Assembly (NCBI GenBank): GCA_010093995.1
Contig: ML992529.1
Span: 51,201-71,200, forward strand
Source: Elsinoe ampelina
Taxonomy: Eukaryota
Direction: 5' to 3'
Length of the DNA: 20,000 bases
The translations under genes and the position numbers were made by a program. Within the stretch, counting starts at the first letter, position 1. Each line of letters begins with the position of its first letter. Below, piece after piece: positions 10,202 to 18,474 of this stretch. The notes under the pieces are model-generated. The model was not told the origin of the DNA and ran no database searches. It saw nothing but the letters and a program-made list of their open reading frames with translations.

Positions 10202-10450
10202 ATGGGTCGTGGAGGATACAACACCCCCTTGGTCGTCTTCGGCAGAGGAGGCTACAACGCCCCCGCCCGAGCAGGCGAAGACGAGGGTCGAGGCGGGTAC
10301 AACGCCCCGGTCAACGCTGGACGAGGAGGCTACAACAAAGCCGGCGGCGAAGACGAGGGTCGAGGCGGGTACAACGGTCCCATTAACTTTGGGCGAGGAG
10401 GATACAACAAGGATGGCGGCGAAGACGAGGGTCGCGGTGGATACAACTAG
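10202..10450 (+). CDS. 82-aa GRGGYN tandem-repeat micro-protein (7 copies), function unknown
   Basis: M-GRGGYN-TPLVVF-GRGGYN-APARAGEDE-GRGGYN-APVNA-GRGGYN-KAGGEDE-GRGGYN-GPINF-GRGGYN-KDGGEDE-GRGGYN-stop. The hexapeptide copies differ only at synonymous positions. Strong start context. The upstream extension in the ORF track (from 9983) starts at a non-ATG codon and looks like promoter/UTR. Confidence 0.85.
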   Translation: MGRGGYNTPLVVFGRGGYNAPARAGEDEGRGGYNAPVNAGRGGYNKAGGEDEGRGGYNGPINFGRGGYNKDGGEDEGRGGYN

Positions 10451-10687
10451 ATCTGCATTTCATTTCCCTTCTCCTGGGACAGATTGGGCATAGCATTGCG
10501 AGGATCGGAAGGGATAGATCTGTACAACACCTCTCTTGCGACATATTTACACGACCACGGCATAGACACTGGACCATCGACACGACCATGTCCTTCATCA
10601 TTCGAGCATAGCAGGACCACGGACAGGAGGGAAGAATAGAGGAGCATCACCCCGGCGCCAGACAAGATGGGATACATTTCACTCGTT

Positions 10688-10701
10688 CACACACACACAC
10701 A
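10688..10701. repeat. (CA)7 microsatellite
   Basis: cacacacacacaca in the convergent 3' intergenic region. Confidence 0.7.
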
Positions 10702-10774
10702 TCTCCTTTTCGTCATACTTTCTCTCCGTCATCTCTACTAGACAGTTTCACCACTGAGAATGTTGATCCATTCC

Positions 10775-12661
10775 CTATTTGCCTACACAAAACCTCTCAA
10801 ACACAACCCCCAAGACCTCTTCCACATCTCCCTGTTCCCCCTTACCAGTGATCCGTGCCAGACACCCAGCCGCATTACGCAAGTGCTCAGCAGCGAGGAC
10901 AAAGTCTAGTTCCCCGTCACTCTCTCCCTGTATGTGTTCCATATCTTGCCTCATCCGTGACTCATTGCAGTGACCAGACCCGGACACCGCATGCCGTCCA
11001 ATGTCGAGAAACAGGCCAAGGTGCTCGTTACATTCTTCCAGCAAGAGGCGTTGGCGCTCGGTCGCCCCTAGAGATTCTTGCCAGATCGAGGTGTCAGCGT
11101 CCGAGGTATCCGCCGTGTCTGAGGCGGTCACCGCGCGGGTCATGGCGTGAAAAGTGGTGACGAGGCCGGAGAGGAAGGAAGGAATGCCAGCATCTGGAGA
11201 AGCAGTGGTTGGCTGTAGAGTAGTGTTGGGTCGGCATGATAGCATGTGAATGTCTTCTGACCGCAGACCAGGTATGGCTGCTTGAATGCCGCCCGTAATC
11301 TCGCTGTCTGGGAGGTCGGGCGGCTTCTGATCGATCTTGTTGACGACGACCAGAATGTTGTGTCCTTGGCCAACGAGTGTGCGTGCGGTGTCAAGAACCT
11401 CCTCGTCGAGCTTGAGGGCGGGACTGGAGCTGTCGGGCTCGAATGATAGGGCGACAATGACTAGGTCGCTCTCTGCTGCTCTCGCTTTTGCCCTTCGTAT
11501 GCCCTCTTGCTCCACAATCCCAATGTCCTGGCTTTTGTGTCGGCCGTTGTCCTCGGTAGGCAGGTTCAGAGCCCGTCTCAACCCTGCTGTGTCACCGAAT
11601 CGACAGAGGTAGCCACCGATATCAACCGATACCTCAACCACATCTCTTGTCGTTCCAGCCTCGTGGCTGACAATGGCTGCCTCCCGACCGACGATCCTGT
11701 TCAGCAGACTGCTCTTGCCAGCGTTTGGTGCTCCAAGGAGACTGATGCTAATACCGTTGCGGAGAAGTTCGCCTCTGACTGCGTTCCGGGTGTGAGCTTC
11801 AAGAGTCTTCTGTAACTCAAGGACCTGCTGGGCAACATTCCCAATGAGCTCCGCCGGCGACTCATCAAAATGCTGATCTTCCGAAAAGTCAATGAGTGCT
11901 TCAAGCTCGCCACGAGCAGACAACAAGAGCTGACGCCATGACTCGTAGCGTCGGGTAAGATTGCTGACAGTCCCTCGGACAGACAAACGTCTTTGTTGCT
12001 CTGTCACAGCTGACAACGAGTCTCCCAGAGCTTCGACCTGTGTCAAGTCCATGCGATCATTGAAGAAAGCTCGGCGTGAGAATTCTCCTGCTTCCGCGTA
12101 CCGAATGCTGCCAGTCTTGCCCGAGCACTTTGGGATGGCAGACAGCACAGCCTTGACGATGGCTGGACCTCCGTGTACATGAAGCTCGAGGACATCTTCT
12201 CCAGTGACGCTGTGGGGACCAGGGAAGAAGAGGATCAGAGCATTCGAGTCGAGCATAGTCTGCTGGGAGGGCGCCACGTGTGGCTCGTAGAGCGTGCGGA
12301 TAGCAGCATAGCGTGGTTTGGGCACCGTCTTCCCGGGACTCAATCCATGGTAGACGAGTCTTGCTCCAGGTCCGGAGATTCGGATGACAGCTATACCAGC
12401 TCTTCCAGGGGCAGTGGAAAGGGCATAGATCGTTGAACCTAATCCAAAGGCTCCATCACCGTGTAAGTCATCGGCTTGATTGTATGTCGGAGCTTCTATA
12501 TTCCCGCTTGCTCTTGTGCCTGCGGTCTCATGTGGATGATGTAATCGTGTGGATGAAATGGACCAAGGACCCCAGATGGGCCCCTCATGGGGGATTCGAA
12601 GGCGGTGCGCGGATCTTCGTGCTGACCTCAGATGTCGAAGGAGACATCTCGAAGCCAGCAT
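10775..12661 (-). CDS. MSS1: Mitochondrial tRNA modification GTPase (MnmE/TrmE family)
   Basis: TIYALSTAPGRAGIAVIRISG, SVTGEDVLELHVHGG, GEFSRRAFFNDRMDLTQVE, G1 GAPNAGKSS, GTTRD, DTAG, NKID and the C-terminal FCVGK. Arg-rich N-terminal presequence. Confidence 0.96.
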   Translation of the reverse strand: MLASRCLLRHLRSARRSAHRLRIPHEGPIWGPWSISSTRLHHPHETAGTRASGNIEAPTYNQADDLHGDGAFGLGSTIYALSTAPGRAGIAVIRISGPGARLVYHGLSPGKTVPKPRYAAIRTLYEPHVAPSQQTMLDSNALILFFPGPHSVTGEDVLELHVHGGPAIVKAVLSAIPKCSGKTGSIRYAEAGEFSRRAFFNDRMDLTQVEALGDSLSAVTEQQRRLSVRGTVSNLTRRYESWRQLLLSARGELEALIDFSEDQHFDESPAELIGNVAQQVLELQKTLEAHTRNAVRGELLRNGISISLLGAPNAGKSSLLNRIVGREAAIVSHEAGTTRDVVEVSVDIGGYLCRFGDTAGLRRALNLPTEDNGRHKSQDIGIVEQEGIRRAKARAAESDLVIVALSFEPDSSSPALKLDEEVLDTARTLVGQGHNILVVVNKIDQKPPDLPDSEITGGIQAAIPGLRSEDIHMLSCRPNTTLQPTTASPDAGIPSFLSGLVTTFHAMTRAVTASDTADTSDADTSIWQESLGATERQRLLLEECNEHLGLFLDIGRHAVSGSGHCNESRMRQDMEHIQGESDGELDFVLAAEHLRNAAGCLARITGKGEQGDVEEVLGVVFERFCVGK

Positions 12662-12831
12662 GCAGTCGATTGCACAGTACGTCGAAATGTCAGATTGTGA
12701 AGGGGATGATTGTTGATGGAGAAGAATTATTGTACTTGATCTTCACCGCAGTGCCAAGGCCGAGGCAAGGTTGCTATCGAACATCTTGCGACGGGCTCGG
12801 ATCCCTCGGGCATGAAGTCACATTCCTTGTC

Positions 12832-13659
12832 ATGTTTGAAGTGCCTTCGGCAAAGAGGTGGGAGGATTGAAATGACCTGCGACGCATTCGCTGACATGCT
12901 TCCAGAGTGCGCAGGGAGGAACTCGACGAGTCTGCTTCGTCACGACAGAGCTCACCTGACAATGATGCACTAGAGACGTTCAGAGCTGTCCAACTGGACT
13001 ACGAGATCGTACAACAGAACGACGACACCCAGCCCACCCTACAAGCCGGTGAAGAGGAGGATGCCGAATTCAATCTGTTCTCTAGACCCAGCAATGGGAC
13101 CGCGTCACAGCCGAGCAAGGTCACATTGAGGTCGCCAACACCTGACGCCGAGTGTGGCATAATCGTCAAAGAGAGACCGATTTCATACTACTTCACGGGA
13201 CCGATACCTGCAGAGCTTGCCAGAGAGTATCGAATTGCTGCCCTCAGTGGAGAAGATATCCGGCGGTGGTCACAAATACCATGGCCCGGAAGCAGGTACG
13301 GGTGGAAGGTCATAACTTTTCCCCCCAATACACGCAAGACGGGCAGTCCTGGTACGAGTGGTCGAGAGGAGCACAGCAGATACGGGACCATGCGGAAGCG
13401 ACTAGGGAAGAAGGGCAGGATAAAGAGGCGCAAGACATTGGCAACAAAGGCATTACAGCAAGAAGCTGAGGAGGCAGCCAAGGAAGTCAAGGAACGGGCG
13501 GATCGGGAGAAGAGGGCGAGGAAGAATCGCGACAAGAAATTCAAGAAGCGGGCACGAGACAAGCAGAAGAAGCAAGGTCTGGATGGAGCAGTCGCTGCTG
13601 GCACTGCTGCTGGCACTACTACTGGCAGTGGCAGTGAGAGTGGTGGGAATGAAATCTGA
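12832..13659 (+). CDS. Fungal DUF2011-like protein (basic C-terminus, possibly nucleolar)
   Basis: Exon 1 12832-12857; intron 12858-12905 (GTGGGA...GCTGAC...CAG); exon 2 12906-13659. The join gives MFEVPSAKRVRREEL. Motifs EFNLF, LRSPTP, RPISYYF, PWPG..WKVI and a Lys/Arg-rich tail REKRARKNRDKKFKKR. Confidence 0.8.
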
Positions 13660-15278
13660 TATTGCCATGCTCTTCTCGCCTCTGGTATCAAACCGGTGAT
13701 GCTCAAACAACCAAATGCCGATTTCGGTAGTGGTCAAAGCAAAGTCGTGAACCACTGAAGGGGCTCGGTATATCCCGCGGATATGTTTTCCAAATTCTGC
13801 TCTTAACTTACTATCGGGTCATATCGCAGAGATCACTGAGACCTTTTGTATAATAAGCGGTCATGGCTCGGCCGAGTGATGCACAGGCCGTCATCGGAAG
13901 CTGGCAAATGACGCGGCAATCGAGTGAGAGCTCCATTTATTCCACCTTTTAGAGGTGCAAGATGCGTCAATTGATCGCCCACCAACCACAATACCAAAGT
14001 CTAGAAGGGTCAATTGACGGAGAATTTACCTCGGTTGCCTGTCCGGACATGCGCAACTACTGTATTTGCGCAGAGCTTGCGACAAGGTCTGTGATTTGAA
14101 CACTGTGCGGGAGAAGGAATAGGCAGGTTCAAGTTGCCCCTCATCGGCCGGGCTGGATTGCCCAAATTGACAAGACGACCCCGCAGTAGCTATGAAGTGG
14201 GCGAGCTTGCAGGGAAACCAAGAAAAGGCACCCAGCGGTGACGGCAACGAATTGGAGACTGACAACCCCACCAGTTGGATTGGCGAGGGCCAAGACAAGA
14301 CGAATCACTCGTGGCTGCAGCTGGCGGAGCTCGATCTCGGTGTCCATCAGATCAAAGTCGACCATCTGGCGGGGTGTGATGGCATCGAGAGATGGACATC
14401 GCGTAGCGTGGCACATGGTGTCAATTGCATGACTAGAGCTGTATGTCCTCCTCGTAGCTGATCCTCCATCGCTGGCGGCGACGGATTAACGAGCGGCACG
14501 CAGAGTAGACCAGCCAGTCCTAACCAAGACCGGCTGGTGGTCGATGCTGGAACAAGTGCTAGTCCTCTCAAACCGAGAGCAACTCCCGCTCAGAGAGGTC
14601 AACGGGAGCTGACAAAAAGCTTGGATCCACGACCCAATGTCTGATCCGGACTTGAGAGATGTGGGATGGAGACGCAATATGGATACCTATTTGGACGAGG
14701 AGGCTCACCGCGTTCGGAGGCTGTCTGGTGACGCCAAAGAAGGCCCCGTGCAGTGCGAGTATAAGAAGAGCTAGACGCCCCGGGCTGGGAGCTTCTGCAG
14801 CTCATTGTGATAGCATTCTATAGCTCTTTTTTCTCGCTGATTGTCAGTCAATTGAAGTCGACGATAGCTTCTGGAAGCTCAAACAAACAAAGGTGTGTAA
14901 GATCCCTACCGACTTCGATCCGGGAAACAAGTGCAGAGACCAGCACTATCGCAGCAGAGGACGGCAGATGGGGCTCGCCTGGCGACAGACCAGAGACAGG
15001 CCTCGAAAAATAGCGTGCGCCGGGCTGTCCCTCTTTCTGAAGGAGAGAGGCAGAGAAAGCAACAGAGCGACGTCAGAGTTTGTGGGAGAAAGCTTGTTGC
15101 TCCGCATTTCCGGCCTGCAAAGAGTCAAGAGCTCCACCGGCATCGAAGATCATCCATATCTATTCACACAAAACACTGGCATAATCAGGACTAACATCCG
15201 CTGTCAGACTAATAAAACCCGTCTCAGCCCCGGCGACTCGTCTCGACTACCGCTTTTCCTCTCACAAACTCAATCAAA

Positions 15279-16689
15279 ATGGTATTTGCCCGTGCAGCTT
15301 CTCGTCTTTCCCGCCCCGCCGCAGCTAGCCTGCGAGCTACCCCCTCCTCTTCCTCCTCCTTCAGACCTCTCAATTCTGCTTTCCGTCAAGCTGGAGGTGT
15401 CAGGACGCTGACAGCAACTTCTTCGCGACAGGGCAAAGTACTTCTCGTTCTCTACGATGTAAGTTTGACTCGATTGGGAGATCCTCGTACCTGAGCTGAC
15501 CCCGCATACCAGGGCGGCAAGCACGCCACGGACGAACCCAAGATGTTGGGTACCACCGAGAACGAGCTCGGCCTGAGGAAGTGGATTGAGGAGCAAGGCC
15601 ACGAATTGGTCACCACTTCCGACAAGGAGGGTGAGAACTCGACCTTTGACCAGCACTTGGTTGACGCCGAAGTCATCATCACCACTCCGTAAGCTTGGCC
15701 TGCAATATACCGATAAGCTCACGCCACAGCAACTGACAACAACCACAGCTTCCACCCTGGCTACCTCACCGCCGAGCGTCTGGCAAAGGCAAAGAACCTC
15801 AAGATCGCCGTCACCGCTGGCATCGGTTCCGACCATGTCGATCTCAATGCCGCCAACAAGACCAACGGAGGTATCACCGTCGCCGAAGTCACCGGCTCCA
15901 ATGTCGTCTCCGTCGCCGAGCACGTCGTCATGACCATCCTCACCCTCGTCCGCAACTTTGTCCCTGCCCACGAAATGATCGCCCGCGGTGACTGGGACGT
16001 CGCCGAGGTCGCCAAGAACGAGTACGACCTCGAGGGCAAGGTTGTCGGTACCGTCGCCGTTGGCCGTATTGGTGAGCGTGTCCTGCGCCGCCTGAAGCCG
16101 TTCGACTGCAAGGAACTCCTCTACTTCGACTACCAGCCATTGAGCCCCGAGAAGGAGAAGGAGATTGGCTGCCGCCGTGTCGACAACCTCGAGGAGATGC
16201 TCGCCCAGTGCGACGTCGTCACCATCAACTGCCCACTCCACGAGAAGACCCGCGGTCTCTTCAACAAGGATCTCCTGTCCAAGATGAAGAAGGGTGAGCA
16301 TTCATCGACTCGCTTGCTCATTCAAATGCTAACTTCTTACAGGCTCATGGCTCGTCAACACCGCCCGTGGTGCCATCGTCGTCAAGGAGGATGTCGCCGA
16401 CGCCCTCAAGTCCGGCCACCTCCGCGGCTACGGTGGTGACGTCTGGTTCCCTCAGCCCGCCCCCAAGGACCACCCTCTGCGCTACGCCCAATACCCATGG
16501 GGAGGAGGTAACGCCATGGTCCCCCACATGTCCGGTACCTCGATCGACGCCCAGCAGCGCTACGCCGCCGGCACAAAGGCTATTCTCACCAGCTACTTCA
16601 GCGGCAAGCACGATTATAAGCCTGAGGACTTGATCGTCCAGGGTGGTGACTACGCCACCAAGGCTTACGGTCAGAGAATCCACGCATAG
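15279..16689 (+). CDS. fdh: NAD-dependent formate dehydrogenase
   Basis: Exons: 15279-15458 (or ATG 15279-15281 plus 15432-15458 if intron 1 is spliced), 15513-15688, 15749-16293, 16343-16689. Motifs [47 protein letters not shown], Rossmann fold [32 protein letters not shown], and [11 protein letters not shown]. Confidence 0.97.
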
Positions 16690-17196
16690 ACGTGGGATGA
16701 TCTACCGGAAAGAGATGGGGGAGTTTCATACCCTTGTACATAGAGAGCCTGCCGACAATGCCATGAATTGCTGAGAACTTGGTCAACTACGTGCACAGTG
16801 CAGTTGTGGTATGTTGTCCATTGTGATTGTTATGCACCTTCGCCATCTTGCTCGGGGACCGCCATATATATGTGCCACACCGATTACCCCCTTCAAGCGA
16901 TGAGCGGTGGTGCTAGGATGTCCCGATTGTGCCTCTTCGCTCTTGATCTCTGGTCCATGCTCATCCTGCTCAATGAGTCGCTTCCGCAGTGGTGATATCT
17001 GCTTGCAAGATGTAGCCCTCCACATATATCCTGACTTGGCTCTTCCTGCGTGTCGGCTCAACCGGGGCGTGCGTGAAGATGTCGGCGTGCCCGTATATCG
17101 TCGTCAATTCAGCCTTTGAGTATTTCTCATCAGAAGCTTCGCTTTCGACCTCCATCTTTCTATCCTTGTGATTATGATCCATCCACGCCGATCTCC

Positions 17197-17949
17197 TCAT
17201 CCCCATCTCCCACCCGCCCCACTGGAGCCATACCCTTGCTGCCCCCCCTGCCCGCCATAACCCCCAGGACTCGCTGCCCTCCCACCACCCGCCTGCCCCC
17301 ACAACCTCGCCTTTAACCTCTCCTGCGCCGTGCCCCCGCCGCCCTGACTCCCAGTCCCACTCTGCAACCCCATCCCACCCGCTCCTCCCCCGGCACTGCT
17401 CCCGAACTGCGGACTCCCCACCCCGTCCCTCCTCCCTCCCAACTGCTGACTCTGATAACTCCCCGCTCTTTGACTCGGCAACGGCCTCACGTTGGCTTGT
17501 GGCGCGAGGTGTCCCCCCGCGCCACCTCCAAGCGGCTGCCTGCCTTGGCCACGCAGCGAGACTGGCGAGGCGACGCGTCCTGGTTGGGCCTGTGCGGGAG
17601 GATCCCAGAGATCGGACAGTGCAGAGCGGGAGTTGTTCGCCGAGGTGCTCAGCATGGGAGCCTGTTGCTGGGCTGGGGTAGAGGAGTTCCAGAGATTGGC
17701 GTACGAGGAGCCGATGCTGGATTGGGACGGGGGAGGGGGAGGGGGAGGCGGGGCGACGACTTTCTTCGGGTCAGGGGGCAGCCAGTCGGGGAGGGTGTGC
17801 GTTTTCTCGGTGTAGTACGCGCGCAGCACGCGGCAGATGTGGGAGTCGTCTTCGGTGTCGCCGTCGCCTTCGGAGGTGAGGAGGTTGCGGCGGAGGGAGT
17901 TGTAGCGGTCTGTGGTGGAGGTGAGGAGGTTGGAGAGGTAGCCTGACAT
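17197..17949 (-). CDS. Mso1-like exocytosis protein (N-terminal Sec1-binding domain, Gly/Pro/Gln-rich tail)
   Basis: MSGYLSNLLTSTTDRYNSLRRNLLTSEGDGDTEDDSHICRVLRAYYTEK...PDWLPPDPK matches the Mso1 Sec1-binding pattern; AQERLKARLWG near the C-terminus. ATG at 17949. Confidence 0.82.
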   Translation of the reverse strand: MSGYLSNLLTSTTDRYNSLRRNLLTSEGDGDTEDDSHICRVLRAYYTEKTHTLPDWLPPDPKKVVAPPPPPPPPSQSSIGSSYANLWNSSTPAQQQAPMLSTSANNSRSALSDLWDPPAQAQPGRVASPVSLRGQGRQPLGGGAGGHLAPQANVRPLPSQRAGSYQSQQLGGRRDGVGSPQFGSSAGGGAGGMGLQSGTGSQGGGGTAQERLKARLWGQAGGGRAASPGGYGGQGGQQGYGSSGAGGRWG

Positions 17950-18072
17950 GTTGGGGATGAGCTTGAGGGCCGGCCTCAAGTGGGTGGTGAGGTGTGGTTG
18001 ACGAGGGGTTGGAGCGGAGGACAAGGGGGAAACGGCTGTGACGATGGTGGATGCCCGAGGACTTGGCGGGGA

Positions 18073-18142
18073 TGGTGTTGTAATGGAAGGCTGGTACAGC
18101 TTCTCTGGTGTTGTAATGGAAGGCTGGTACAGCTTCTCTGGT
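18073..18142. repeat. Perfect 33-bp tandem duplication at the 5' end of the LTR
   Basis: tggtgttgtaatggaaggctggtacagcttctc twice (18073-18105 and 18106-18138), followed by a further tggt. Confidence 0.92.
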
Positions 18143-18250
18143 ACTGAAGAACTGGTACTGATGAGTCAGCGCACGCACAGTAGATAAATCGGTTATTGTA
18201 ACTCTCTGAATAAAACACACGTCTCTCGATCCGATTTGCTAGTTATAACA
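18076..18250 (+). repeat. 5' LTR of the Ty1/copia element (start may instead be 18109)
   Basis: Begins TGTTGTAA and ends TTATAACA: TG...CA termini forming an 8-bp inverted repeat with one C-to-T mismatch. AATAAA at 18209-18214. Directly followed by the PBS. Confidence 0.7.
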
Positions 18251-18262
18251 GGTTATGAGCCC
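18251..18262 (+). other. Primer-binding site complementary to the anticodon arm of initiator tRNA-Met
   Basis: GGTTATGAGCCC is the reverse complement of GGGCUCAUAACC in the tRNAi-Met anticodon stem-loop, and it abuts the LTR-terminal CA. Confidence 0.8.
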
Positions 18263-18474
18263 GGCGCTTCTACAAAAGCACTTAAAGCTATAGCAAATTA
18301 AGCGTGTTATTATTAAAAGGATTACTAAGCCGCCTACACTAAATTCTAGACTAGCTACATTAAGACAAACACTTATAGTAGCCCGCATTAACCCTTTAAT
18401 TAAACAGTTTAAACGGCTTAAACAAGCTAATTATATTAATTAAATTAATAGGCCTTTAGCTAATTACTATTATT

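Noticed and set aside
10202..10450. CRISPR-like repeat-spacer array
   Set aside because: Eukaryotic context; the repeats are 18 nt with synonymous variation, all spacers are multiples of 3, and there are no cas genes. It is a coding repeat.
13660..15278. Short ORFs upstream of FDH
   Set aside because: No motifs or codon bias; more likely a long FDH regulatory region, with a TATA-like GTATAAG near 14759.
15270..16301. 343-aa antisense ORF opposite FDH
   Set aside because: Shadow frame caused by the strong C-ending codon bias of FDH; no recognisable motifs of its own.
6931..16689. One-carbon metabolism cluster (Met-type permease, folate-dependent MnmE, FDH)
   Set aside because: These are housekeeping genes separated by unrelated genes, with no visible shared regulatory element; the link is probably coincidental.
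16687..16745. Stop-codon readthrough giving FDH a peroxisomal PTS1
   Set aside because: The context is TAG-ACG rather than TGA-CTA, and the extension ends in ...YPCT, which is not a PTS1.
16783..17160. Minus-strand ORF fragments between FDH and the Mso1-like gene
   Set aside because: Short, in different frames and with no recognisable homology; a gene or pseudogene cannot be supported.
17720..17760. G-quadruplex-like G runs
   Set aside because: Explained by the poly-proline codons of the Mso1-like gene on the opposite strand.
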